DNA from: Fistulifera solaris
Lineage: Eukaryota
Direction: 5' to 3'
Length of the DNA: 64,000 bases
Assembly (NCBI GenBank): GCA_030295235.1
Contig: AP026139.1
Location: forward strand, 310,001-374,000
The position numbers and the translations under genes are program-made. A model generated the notes under the pieces. That model was not told where the DNA came from and did no database searches. It was given only the letters and a program-made list of their open reading frames with translations. This document shows positions 1-11,738 of the stretch, one piece after another. The first letter of the stretch is position 1, and each line of letters opens with the position of its first letter.

Positions 1-256
1 GCTCCTTTTCTTCATTATTGTTGTTTCGACAGTACATAACCAACTATACAACAAAAATAGATAGACGAGATATAGCTACCTGGTTTAGCGTCGCACAGGG
101 ACTGGTTTATTCTTTCATCCGGGTTCTAAAGGTTGTGAAAGTTGCGCGCAACACAACAACAACAACAACAACAAACAACATCTAAATACATTCGACATTA
201 TTTCGATAAACGCATCGACGGAGTATTACTTATTGATAATAAACATACTCAAAACC

Positions 257-1265
257 ATGGATTTGCTCAAAAGGAAATGGAACGCAAAAGAAAGTCTTGG
301 AGAGTGCCAAGGCCAAATCGGGCCGTTTCATTCGAGTCAAAGACCTCCGGAAGGAAGAAGAAGAAACGCAAGGTACGAAACGACCCGCCGAGCCAAATAA
401 TACCGAGACTTCCAAGCGTTCGAAAACGGATGATGTTGCACACAACGAATTACCCACCCAGAGTCAGCCGCCCATCCCCAAACAGCAATCGACGCGACAT
501 GGTGTTACGGACGACATGAGCTCCATCGACGTTACCACGGAACTGCGTTCGTACGGCCTACCCATTCGACTTTTTTGGTGAAAGCGATATCGAACGAAGA
601 GAACGATTGCAGGAAGCACGAAAGGCACAGAAAGAAACGCTGGCGACCTTGTCGGAAAAGGAAGAGTTTCGACTGGGCAAGGGACACAGTATTCGGAATC
701 CCTTCCTGGAGAAGAACAACAATGAGGATGCGATTGCCGCACCAGCGAAACCGCCGGAAGAAAACAAGTGGACCATAGATGACGAAACGGATCCCCCTAA
801 AAAAATTTATCGCTATTTGAAAGGTCTGCTTCGCGAATGGGAAGACGATTTGATGCAGCGTCCCGAAGAAGTCAAACGATCCGTCGCCGGACGAAACGAA
901 ACCAAAACGCTAAAACAATGCAAAGATTACATTCGACCGCTCTTTAAATTGTGTAAGAATCGTACTTTAGCCGAAGACATGATGGGGCATATTCTCAAGA
1001 TTGTCGAGTACTGTCAGCAAGGAGAATTTGTCAAGGCCAACGACACCTATATTGATGTAGCCATTGGACGGGCCGCGTGGCCAATCGGTGTGACCATGGT
1101 GGGTATTCATGAGCGTACCGGACGATCGAAAATTAACAGTCAGAATGTGGCTCATGTGATGAATAGTGAATTGCAACGCAAATATTTGACGAGCGTGAAG
1201 CGTCTCATTACCTTGCACAACGCAAGCGACCCGATGTGGATCCGTCGAAAAAAGTAATTAATTGA
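257..1265 (+). CDS. PRP18: Pre-mRNA splicing factor Prp18 (several probable assembly indels)
   Basis: PRP4-like motif (ELRSYGLPIRLF) and Prp18 C-terminal signature AIGRAAWPIGVTMVGIHERTGRSKI..VAHVMNSELQRKYLTSVKRLIT; ATG 257, joined across ORFs 297-581 and 607-1257. Confidence 0.9.
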
Positions 1266-1887
1266 TTTTCGTCCGGAGATTAGTCTACACTGCTTTTTAT
1301 TTTGATGCATTTTCACTAGACCCTATGATGAATGCGACTTTTCGGTTGTTGGATGAAACAATAGATCAAAGCCAGTACCTGGTGCGACAACGGGAGAAGA
1401 CAGTGACAAGCTGCGAGAAGCGATCATGTTTTTTTTTTTCTTTTTCGATGTTCCCAGATCGCAGGAACATGAAAGCCATAACCACTTGTATGATTTTCAT
1501 AAAAAGCGATCACCGTTTCGTTCATACGATAACGCAATTTATACAATTAATTATCGCCGGCTAACATTTAGTCTAAATGGTCCCCCAAGCACTTATTGCA
1601 ACGCTAATTTTACAATATAGCGCAAAATTTATTCTCTTTTCCCGAGCAGGAGTTTTTTTGAAAGTGCAGGTTCGCTTTATCGGATGATAACAAAGCATCG
1701 CTGACTTGTCATTCATCATCTTGCGTCCCCAAAACAATTCCGACTGTGGCAAAGATTATGCCTGAATCGACAGCACTTTTACCGTAAATCAAACAGCTCT
1801 GCGAATCGCTGTACAATCGCTACTGCCCGTCTATTAGCGAATAACATTGTCTTTGCCTTCTTCATAAGCAAGCTAAGAAAAAACGTA

Positions 1888-2090
1888 GCTCTCATGGAAC
1901 GTCGTTATGATAACCACGTTCGAAATGCAATGAGCGTTAGATGTTTCTCCTCTCCTCCACGCACAGCTCATCTGCCTCAGTTTTCAGTACACCCGCTCTC
2001 ATCCTGTCACACGTTTTCTTCTAGAAGTCAAAGATGCATTCACTGTCTGCAGCGCCCCTTATGAATTCAAAAGCGTCTTGCCCAGGGCAA
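1888..2090. repeat. ~200 bp dispersed non-coding repeat, copy 1
   Basis: Direct match to 14782-14986; 1941-2010 is identical to 14836-14905 over 70 nt. Confidence 0.9.
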
Positions 2091-2126
2091 ATGTCTCTTG
2101 TTTGCGCATCAAAAGTGCGAAAATCA

Positions 2127-2561
2127 TCAATTTGTGCCCGAATCTTGTAGACTCGTAATATCATAAATCAAAGAACATCCAGGGCAATCCACCGGTTCAC
2201 TTTCCCCGACTTCAATATCCATTTCTTGGCCACAACGACACGTAAAATACCACACCCTGACTTCTTGCCCCTCTTCTTCATCGAGCACGTATTCCGGTCC
2301 AGTACAATCTTCTTTTTGTATGCGTAAAGCATTTTTCACTCGACTGAACGATTGAATTTTCCACAAACGCAACTGTTCATCGTACGCCTTTCGATTTTCG
2401 CGCAAACATTCCCACGCCAGTTGAATGCGCCGAAATTCCGCTGTGGCTCCCGGTCGTTTGTCGGGATGATACTGCAAGGCCGCCCGATGATAGGCCGCTT
2501 TGATGGTCTCCATGTCGGCTTGGGGTGAGACTTGTAATGTGTCATAGTGAGTTGTTGTCAT
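2127..2561 (-). CDS. DPH4: DnaJ + CSL zinc finger protein (diphthamide biosynthesis protein 4 / DNAJC24)
   Basis: J-domain with HPD (YHPDK) followed by CRCG...CPGCSL zinc ribbon; likely start MTTTHYDTL at 2561. Confidence 0.85.
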   Translation of the reverse strand: MTTTHYDTLQVSPQADMETIKAAYHRAALQYHPDKRPGATAEFRRIQLAWECLRENRKAYDEQLRLWKIQSFSRVKNALRIQKEDCTGPEYVLDEEEGQEVRVWYFTCRCGQEMDIEVGESEPVDCPGCSLIYDITSLQDSGTN

Positions 2562-2856
2562 GGTAGAATTGATATTGTCTTGTTTTATTTTGTTTATACG
2601 GAGTATTATTTTAAGATGAGATGATAGCGAAAAAAAAAAAACACACGCGACCAAAGTCAGTCCCGAAAAAACGGATACAGGACAGGTTGACTGAGTCACG
2701 CACGTGTCGTCGCCATGCAAACGCTTCCACGCCGTCCGTTCGTCGCGTGAAAATCTTTTTCCCACCATGCGACAGACGCAGCGATGAAAGAGAGCAGACT
2801 CTTCTCTTCTCTTGTTCCTTCCCAACTCATTTTCTCTTTTCTAATATTATACGAAC

Positions 2857-3798
2857 ATGTCCAATCAATTTCGACAAGCCTTTCAGCGCATGGCCAGTCA
2901 GGTCAATGCCAGCGGCGGAGGAGGCGGAGGAGGACCGAATCGGGCCGCCCAAGCCGCCGCACGATCGATCGGGGCGCTCGCAAGTGCCGCCGTTCTCAGT
3001 TACGGAGCGTACAATTCCGTTTACACGGTTCAAGGAGGTCACCGTGCCGTCGTATTCAATCGCTTTGTCGGTATGAAAGACACAGTCTACGGGGAAGGTT
3101 TGAATTTTAACATTCCGTGGTTTGAACACCCCGTCATCTTTGATATCCGCACGCGTCCGGTCAATTTACAGACGTTGACGGGATCGATGGATTTGCAAAT
3201 GGTGACGATTGCCATTCGTGTGTTGCACAAACCCGATCCCAACAAATTGGTTTGGATTTACCGCTTTTTGGGAGAAAACTACGACGAGCGGGTCTTGCCG
3301 AGTGTCATGAACGAGTGCGCCAAGGCCGTTGTAGCGCGTTACAATGCGAACGAACTCTTGACCAAGCGAGATGAAGTCAGTCGTGAAATTTCGTTGGATT
3401 TACAGAAACGTGCGAGTAATTTCAACATCATTTTGGAAGATGTGGCGATTACGCATTTGGCCTTCTCGCCCGAGTACGCCAAGGCCGTCGAGGCGAAGCA
3501 GGTTGCGCAACAAGACGCGGAGCGTGGTAAATATATTGTCATGGGGGCGCAACAGGAAAAGAAGACGATCATTACCAAGGCGAGAGGAGAGGCCGAATCA
3601 GCTGAACTCATTGGTCAGGCGGTGCGCAAGAATCCTGGTTTCATGAAATTGCGACGCATCGACGCGGCTCGAGATATCGCGGATATTGTGGCGAGTTCGG
3701 GCAATAAGATTTATTTGAACGCTGATACACTCTTATTGAACTTGTTGAAAGACAAAGACGAGAAATTAGAGAAGGGTGGATCCGGTGGATGGCGTTAG
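2857..3798 (+). CDS. PHB2: Prohibitin-2 (SPFH/Band 7)
   Basis: YTVQGGHRAVVFNRFVG, DLQMV, YDERVLPS, AVEAKQVAQQDAER, IYLNADTLLLNL. Confidence 0.93.
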   Translation: MSNQFRQAFQRMASQVNASGGGGGGGPNRAAQAAARSIGALASAAVLSYGAYNSVYTVQGGHRAVVFNRFVGMKDTVYGEGLNFNIPWFEHPVIFDIRTRPVNLQTLTGSMDLQMVTIAIRVLHKPDPNKLVWIYRFLGENYDERVLPSVMNECAKAVVARYNANELLTKRDEVSREISLDLQKRASNFNIILEDVAITHLAFSPEYAKAVEAKQVAQQDAERGKYIVMGAQQEKKTIITKARGEAESAELIGQAVRKNPGFMKLRRIDAARDIADIVASSGNKIYLNADTLLLNLLKDKDEKLEKGGSGGWR

Positions 3799-3995
3799 AC
3801 GTGGCAAGGAAGTCTGAAAACGCGTTGAAAAACTGTTCTTAAAAAATAATGATTGATTATCTGATTTTTCGAAGTCGATCGACATGATTTTCTCGTTTCG
3901 TAAAGAACGTTATCGTTGAACGAGCTTGGCCCAACTAGGATAACGTTGCACCATAAGGTCCAAAGCGCATTATTTTGGAGATGTTATTTGCTTTG

Positions 3996-5856
3996 CTAGC
4001 CCTCAAAACCAAAACAAAAGCTGCTCTTTTGTTCCTTTGTTTTCTGAAACTCGGATTGTAGATCTCCGGCCTGCCTCTTGTTGCAAATATTTTTGTCACT
4101 ATTCGTATAATTTTTGTGATCATCATCATGGTAGAGGAAAGCGGCAATGATATACCTTATTCCTTGAGTCAGCACTTCACCACCGTGGTAAAGAGAGTCG
4201 CCTTTGAAGCTCAACAAGTCTCCCGTCTTCAAATACACTGTGGTGTCCTCGTCATAAAAGTACGTCCCACCACCTTCATAATCGTCACTGAGTGCCAAAA
4301 CAAAGGAATGCGTCGACTCGTCTACGTGAATAGGCAAGTGATTTGAGAGTGACCCGCCTTTATATTTCACACAAAAGGCATCGTGGATATAGAAACAGGA
4401 GGATAGGCCGAACTGGCTCACCAAAATGGGTTGTATTGAAGTCGTGAAGAGGCGCTTGAACCAATTGAGGAGCTTAGGGACGGTATGAACTGGTACATCA
4501 TGTGTCGGGACCGCGTAGTGGCGTTGCGTGGTCCATTCTCCACTTTCCGCCCAAAGAATAACTTGTTGACACGTTTCGCGGCTAAGGACATCCTTCGTTA
4601 CAAACGCCTGGTTTACAATTGCACTCCACAAAAATGTTGTTTCTGTCGCAAGGACTTCAGACCGAGAAAAATACTCATAGCTCGCAATCTTTTCTAGCTG
4701 AAGTCGAATCTCCTTGTGATTACCACAGTCCCTAGGGTAGTTTTCCGCTGCTTTCTGCCAAATTCGTTGCGCTTGCACAAACCTTTGCTCCGCCAGATAC
4801 ACAGCACCTAAGGCATGCCATAGATCCGGGTCGTCCGGAACATATTCTAGCGTCATTTCATACATCTTCTTGGCGAGTTCCAAGTTTCCCACAGAAAAGT
4901 AAAAGTGACCCAACTGTTGGGCCTCGCGCATGTTGATATCGGGAGGATGGCTGGTCCAGCTGGTGGCTTCGTAGCGACAGCGTAAGCAGCCACACGAATG
5001 ACCGGTTCGCCGTTGCAGAGCGTTCTCTCGTATTTCGACTGAATCATGCTCCTCGATCAGGCGGATCGAAACCTCATTTTGTCACGGACATCGTAGAGAG
5101 CTACGAGCGAAAGCTCGAGTTTCCCTGGATTGGTCACGGACAATTCAAACAGACAATTAGGTGCGCAAGAGTGCTGATAAGAATGGATGCACAAGTCGGG
5201 ATCAATAACGGCATACATTTGCTGCTGCAAATGATCCTGCAAGTACTTCATCACCGCCAAGGCAGAATTTTGCTTCGAATATCCTGGTAGTTGACGGGTC
5301 AATACAAGCAACTCTGGTTCGTTCAATTTCGGAACAACGTCCGTCGCGTACTGCATCATGGGATGATCCACAGAAACAACAATCATCCTTTGTCGTACTT
5401 GGGAGATTACAGTTTCCCAGCGATGGTACTCGATTTTCTCCTGTACGAATCTCCACGATAGCTTGGTCAGTGGGTGCGGTTCTGTCTGTTCATTGAGAGC
5501 CTCCAATGCATCATGCTTTCCGTTGTCGACTAACGAAAAGGCAACTTTTATTTCATAGACTTCGAAGCGGCTGTAGTGATGCGATTTGTCGATCTTCTCC
5601 AAGAACGTCTGAATGGATTCCGCATACGAAGGCGCCGACAGGTAAGGGTCGTCACGTTCTGACGAGTACCTTGGAAAGCCCTTCCCCTTCTTCACATAAA
5701 TATCCTCCTCAGTAAGAGCAACTACATGCCATGGACACTTCTTGGTAATGACAAAGTCTCCTTTTCGAAACCTCATAGATGATAATGAAGCGGATAGTTC
5801 CAAGAAAATAAAGAGCCCCTTCATTTTTTGCGTTTTTTTTGCCCTCAATCTTCCAT
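3996..5856 (-). CDS. SMYD-like SET/post-SET + TPR + 2OG-Fe(II) oxygenase multidomain protein (frameshift near 5075; start approximate)
   Basis: QHSCAPNC SET-like motif; after one indel the frame reads HSCGCLRCRYE and continues into ORF 3996-4931 with TPRs and oxygenase motifs HVD...YEGGGT...HGG...RY. Confidence 0.7.
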
Positions 5857-6063
5857 CCGTGGGCCGCGTATGACGGACGAACGTTTCTACTGCTGTCTGT
5901 CTGTCATCCGCTGAAATGCGCGCAGCGCCGCGCTCTCCCCGTTCCTCGATCGCGAGCCACTCATTTCGTTCCTTTCAAACGGTTTGATTGCTACCTGGTA
6001 ATCGATCTTTCGTTCGTCTCAGTTTCTCTTGAGCCGATTGCCATGGTTGCATATCAGCTATTT

Positions 6064-6316
6064 GAGGTAGGCGCTGCGGTGTTCGAGGAGCGCCCCGACT
6101 TCCGAGTCCGAGGGCACGCCAACTTATTGGCAGGCTTCTTGGGGAAATTCCCCGGACGTAACGACAGAGAGTGTCACCTCCGCAAGGAGTGCCCAACGCG
6201 AGGCTGCGGAATGCAACGATGTCATTCTTCGGGATGAAGGAGCGTTATCTGACGGCCTTGCGTTTACCGTCCAAGCAAAGTTATGCCATAACTCAACGGG
6301 GATTACGACTACCTTC
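6064..6316 (+). ncRNA. RNase MRP RNA
   Basis: CR-I GGGGAAATTCCCCGGAC followed by the P8 GARAR loop (GACAGAGAGTGTC); CR-IV AGTTA; CR-V AACTCAACGGGGATTAC; terminal P1 GAGGTAG/CTACCTTC; T7 run at 6332-6338; ~253 nt; ends approximate. Confidence 0.85.
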
Positions 6317-6331
6317 GAGAGAAACTCCCTC

Positions 6332-6338
6332 TTTTTTT
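6332..6338 (+). terminator. Putative RNA Pol III terminator (T7)
   Basis: TTTTTTT 15 nt after the MRP P1 helix and directly before tRNA-Sec G1. Confidence 0.55.
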
Positions 6339-6425
6339 GCGAGCATGATCCTGACTGGTGTTGGGCGCGGACTTCAAATCCGTGGACGCCGAGAGGCGTA
6401 GTGGTCCGATTCCACCTTGCTCGCG
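6339..6425 (+). tRNA. tRNA-Sec (anticodon UCA), eukaryotic 9/4 fold
   Basis: 87 nt; 9-bp acceptor stem with U6:U67 mismatch; 6-bp D-stem with TGGT loop; 6-bp anticodon stem, loop CTTCAAA (TCA 6374-6376); long variable arm ACGCC-GAGA-GGCGT; 4-bp T-stem; G73 discriminator. Confidence 0.95.
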
Positions 6426-6548
6426 TTTATCTTGTGCTCTGCTACATTGCGTGTGTGTCTGAGGGTATCATTAGAGGCTCAGATGATGCAGCAACGCATT
6501 CTAGACGCTAAAGCATCTTTTGCTTTTGAAAAATCTCTCCCCTTTTTA

Positions 6549-6635
6549 GCGAGTATGATCCTGACTGGTGGTGGGCGTGGACTTCAAATCCGTGGACGCC
6601 GAGAGGCGTAGTGGTCCGATTCCACATTGCTCGCC
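6549..6635 (+). pseudogene. Degenerate tandem copy of tRNA-Sec
   Basis: Offset 210 bp from copy 1; five substitutions including G73->C, G7:C66->G:A and a D-stem A:G mismatch. Confidence 0.7.
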
Positions 6636-7573
6636 TTTATCTTGTGCTCTGCTGCATTATACTGCCTCTATGAGGTTCACTTGAACCGAGCGCAGCCGTT
6701 GCACAGTCTCTGGGAAACTGACTTGTGCTAATAACGCTAAACGAATACGAGAAGAGTCTATCTTCATTGACAGTCATATCGGAACACAACGCAGCAAAAG
6801 GGTGGCTGTTGTTCTATGCTTTAGTTTTGTCAAATTTGTACGGTTGCTTCTACCCTTGCTTTGACACAGTTTCAATGTGAGTTTTAAATCCATGGCTTGT
6901 TCGTATTTTATAGTTATAAATTCGATGCATGCTTAAATCCATCATTTATCAACTGCGAAGAATAGGCATTATGGATCGGCAAGCACGTCGTCAAGGGAGA
7001 CCGGGAAAGCCGTGCAGATCTGTTACAAAGTAGGCGTACGCGGCGACAACGCTTGTCAACTATAGAGGCAGTGGAGCTGGGGCAGTTAGGTAACTGGTCA
7101 GATATGAACCAGCGAAACAGTCGGGGTTAGACTTATATTCACACTTGTAGAGAATCACTAACTCTGAGGCGTTGCAATAATCATCTACTACAGTATAATA
7201 TTGCGGCGTAAGTTTTAATAAGAAAACGATGCAAACTCAATCATTAATATTAATAATAAAAACACTTGAAAGAACGAGTCTCTCTGCGATGGAATGGGGT
7301 AACTTCAACGAAAGAACAAACAGCAACAATATCAATGGAAGAACACAAGTACCTAAAACGAGTACAAAGGAAGGAAATCGAAAGGACATCAAGTCAAAAC
7401 GGCAGAAGGTCGAACGTCGGTTCATCAAGATAAATTGCTCCCGTGAACAGCCAAAGAAACTGTCTATTCATCGAGATGACCGGATATGAGTGGATGGACT
7501 GTGAAGATCCCCATGAACACCAGACAAGGACAAGGAAAACCTCTCTGATCAGCGCGTATGCGTCGGTGGTCAA

Positions 7574-9022
7574 TCATCCAAGCATCAAATTCGATGAGTT
7601 CCGGGCAATGCGGCGCGTTGTTTTCTTCGTTCGTTCCTGGACGCATTCAAACGAATTCGAAGATCCACACTCGCATTCATCATCAAAATTGAAGCCCAGC
7701 TCCAAAACTAGCAGCTCCAATGACTCGAGTGATTCCAAACAGGACAACTCCAACAACGCAGCTTCATCCTCGAACGAATCAGGTCCATTATGGACATTAT
7801 TGCGAACTTCGGAAGCACCTTGTAGCACCTTGCACGGCTTTGCGACAGAGGATACTGCCTTTTCGTCATCAACATCATCTAACTCATCTGCGTCCATGAC
7901 ATCGAAAAACTCTGCAATGAGCGAATCCCAGGTTGCTTCATCATCATCACTTGCCACTTCAACATCCTTTGCGGCGTCTGGTAGACTGACTCCTGCATGA
8001 TTTGCGTAGAAGTCATCAATCTTTTTGTCAGCGGTGAGGTCTAGTAGGCTGCTGATATCATCATCCTTGTCGTTCTCTTCAGCAAGCTCTGGGACGCTAT
8101 CGTCTTCGTCGTCGCCGTCATCGATTGTGATGATTTCAGGCTGTTGCTCCATTGCAACTTCAACTTCAACTCCAAGTCCCACTCCAACGGATTCTTCAAC
8201 AGCAGCACCACCACCACTGCGGAGCTTAACAACACTTGCTCCCAGCTCTGCGATCCAAGCGACTATCTCGCGATGGCTTCATGCCGGTACTCTCGACAAG
8301 GTCGTCAATTGCAGCCCAGTCGGGAGAAGAATTGTAATCATTCTCCTTCATCCAGTCCATCAACTTGTCGATCTGCCATTTCTTTAACCCCTTACTGCTT
8401 GCTGAAACAGGACGCTGGCTGCTCGGTAGGAGTAGGAAAGGGACAGCGATTGCTGGCCGGGAAACAGGATGCGACGGGATGATGAACTACGTTTGTTGCG
8501 ACGCGTTCTCCCTTCAGTCCTTTCCGGCTTTTCTTCAAACATCATCATTCTTTTTCTGACCGCAAATACGGACGTTTGCGAGAAGCAGAAGCACCCGTTT
8601 TCACCTCCCATCACTGCAGCAACAGCAGCAGCAACAGGATCAAGTGACGCTGCTGCGGCCGTACCCGTAACGACACTCGCCGACGCAGTACTCTGCGTCT
8701 GAAAGGCAGCCATATCACTCAATTCCTTTCTCAAGATCTTGAAACTGTCGTCAAGGATTGCGTCAAGCGTGGTTAATTCACCGCGACGAACGACGCTATG
8801 CTCTGTATGCTGCAAAGCCTTGAATTGGTCTCCAAATAGAATCGCAAGACTAACGGTCTCTTCGACAGAGAAACCGCTAGCAGGAACCCACTGCTTCGAT
8901 TTCCACTGAGACCCACTGCTCTTGCGGATATCCTCCTTCTTCTCGAGTACTTTGTTAGCTAACGACACGAAGAGAGGCAACTCTTCGTGCCAAACGACAG
9001 GACTGACTGTGTTATTTTTCAT
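7574..9022 (-). CDS. TALE-homeodomain-like protein with acidic C-terminus, paralog A (frameshifted in assembly)
   Basis: MKNNTVSPVVWHEELPLFVSLANKV start; homeodomain-like segment at ~8240-8390 (same sequence as paralog B); D/E-rich tail; probable 5' UTR intron. Confidence 0.6.
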
Positions 9023-9803
9023 TTTGTTTGCTTTGCGATGCTGCGGACACTTGACTTTGTCAATTGTGCTATATGTAAGCGATTTCAAACCTTCAAGACA
9101 TCAAAAGCAAGCACAGGGGTGAGTAAAGACTTCATCTCTTATGAGAACGAGACAAAAGGGTGCGAAAGTAGACGTTAATAAAGATCTTCATGGTAACTTA
9201 CCTTTCAACACGGCGATTCCTTTGAAAAGTGCGAACAAAGCAGCGAAAATATACAGCAGCGGTACGGCTTATAGATAGAATAGACCTCTGTCCATTCCCA
9301 GTTCACTCCAACAGGGAGGGAGTGAACAGGGATTTTGTTCGAACAAGGAGTGAACTGGGAGCATTTCCTGTACGAATTAATGCGTCCCGTTTACGAAATA
9401 TGGTAGTCAGTCCCTAATCCTTAACGCTTTAGGCTTGTTCTTATCAGTGCACATGTGCAGCATATTTGCACATATTTTTCGAACTAACCCGGAAATGCGC
9501 GCCCGTCGGCCATTTTTTCGTGTGCACCGGCTCGATTAAAATTGCAAAACTCATCAATTATTTATAATTATGCACATCCTTGCACATCGTTGGGAGTCTT
9601 GCACACGGATAATTTACGATCGTTCACGAATGCTTCTTAACAAAAAAACAACGCAAAATTTTTCGTCCCTATTTCCATTTCGGCTTGCTCTCTTGTTTGC
9701 CATCCCCCGCGCGTTCTTCCGACCAACGTTTGCTCTCAGAACAACAGTAAATCGTTTGTGGTACTGCATTTACCCTCATAATATAGCCCCATCGGTCAAG
9801 AAA

Positions 9804-11696
9804 ATGTCGGCAAGACTCAAGAAACATCCTGTGACAGGCCATCCCACGAAAGGGAATGCTAATAAGCCAGTGAAAAACAAGACAAAGACGGCCGCAACGG
9901 TGAAAACCAAAGCTCCGGCCGCAAAGGGAAAGCCGAAGAAGGCTGCCCCCTCAATGGAAGTGATGTTCACAGCACCCACTGAAGACCGGTCTGGCAAGGT
10001 CAAAAAGGTTATTGTGATCTCGGACATCCGAGATGCCAAAACCGCCACTTTGAACTTCGCAATCATTACAGGTGCGTAAAGTGTGGCTTTCAATTGCACA
10101 ACAGTGAATTTGGCTGTGGGCATCCATACGACGACGCGGGCCATGTAATTTGCCCTGATGGATTTGGTTGCGATTTGGGAAGGAAGATTCCTGCAAGAGG
10201 AAATCTTTCTTCGGATGACTCCAACGATGGCGATTCGTTTACTCCACAGGTAACCCATGTCAAACGTTCTGTGGCTCGACTTGATGACTCTTCTGATGAA
10301 TCTGAATCTGAAATGGAGGACTGGGATTTGGGACGCTTGCATAGGAAGCGTCCACCGCAAACTCCAATGCTTCAGCGAACTTGTGCCCTTAAATGATGGG
10401 GAGTTTCCCATTCCGGATCCTTCTGATGATGATCAGACCACTGATGGCAAGCCAGCAGCTAAGGAGACCGGGTCGAAGAAAACATCATCCGCCAGCAAGA
10501 CGAAGAAATCATCGCCCACAGACTCTGACGTTCCCGACAGTGACGGAAAACCTGTCAACTCTTTTTTCCGACTTTATTTTGACACCGACGGAAAGGTTGT
10601 GGGTTACGACAATAAGACCTGGAAAGAAATCTCTGCCCAAGCAATGCGCACTATTGTTTCACAATGCACTGGAATGGGTAATGCCGCAGTATGCCTAAAC
10701 ACGAAATGATCCAAGCCATGGAGAAGGAATATGACGAATGGGATCAAATGGGCCGCCCGCCACCCGGCAATAATCTTGGAAGACACGGAAAACAGAAAGT
10801 TGCGCCCGATAAAGCAACTGCTAACTGCAAGATGCGTTTGTTCAATGTTGTCTTCTCAGCCCGATCATGTGAGCGACTTAGAGAACTTGATGAAGAAGGG
10901 TGATGGAAGGGACAACCAAGACATTGCAATGGCAAAGCATCAACAGTGGTTCTGGAGACCCGTGCGTGAGTCTTATGTTGATTCGATAGAAGAATATGGA
11001 ATAAACAAGTACGAAGACAACGAGTACTTCAAGGATCGCCCGGTCTTGATCTTAATCACTTCTGTGAGCATCCTTGGAAGAAGTTGCGGAGATGTGGAAA
11101 GCGTGTTGTGCGGAATACAATAGACACAAGAAGAACTACACTGCATCCGGGCAGCACTCGAATGACTTCTATCAGTTCACAAACGGTAATCTTGTCATGT
11201 ATTACTTTCATTTGTGCTTGAGAGATAAACCTAACGTTATTGACGTCGTTGAGGCCGATCTTCCAGACCAAGAAGGACGAAACGGTAATGCGACATAACA
11301 GTGGCAGCTGGAAACAAGCGGAAAAAGGAAACTGCTTTCACGGATATCTTGAAGGAGTTGGTCGATCGAGAACCGGAATCATCGGAAATCAAGGAACTGG
11401 TTGAGTTTCACAAGCAGTCGCATGAATTGGAGATCAAAAAGTTGCAATTTGCTCAATCAACTTACGATCTTGAAGAAGAGCGACGTCAAGAAGAGAAGAG
11501 AGCCGCATTATGGGAAGAACTCAAAGACGTAGACAATCGTCTTGAACGATTGTTTGTCATACTTGACAACGATCCTCCGCAACACCGTGTGGAGTATTAC
11601 AGAAGCGATTTGACGACGTATATGAATAGGAAAGAGGAGCTTAAAGCTATTCTGTTTCCAAAAGCCGATAACGATCCTACACATAAAGCGGTTTAA
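9804..11696 (+). CDS. Harbinger accessory ORF (putative Myb/SANT-like DNA-binding protein; several frameshifts)
   Basis: Overlapping ORF pieces inside the TIRs: K-rich N-terminus, RLFNVVF, WFWRPVRE, MWKACCAEY..NYTASGQHSNDFYQF, coiled-coil end; tail-to-tail with the transposase. Confidence 0.6.
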
Positions 11697-11738
11697 AGAA
11701 TACCATAACCTATGTAATGACAGTTAAACTTACTCAAA

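Noticed and set aside
148..180. Poly-Q ORF 142-519
   Set aside because: A (CAA)n microsatellite upstream of PRP18; the ORF is largely off-frame
1613..1648. ~35 bp similarity to ~20087-20121
   Set aside because: Short, AT-rich and imperfect; could be chance
6320..6658. Direct repeats as a CRISPR array, or the two short ORFs ending GRGLQIRGRREA as peptides
   Set aside because: The repeats are tRNA-Sec copies and the ORFs are incidental translations
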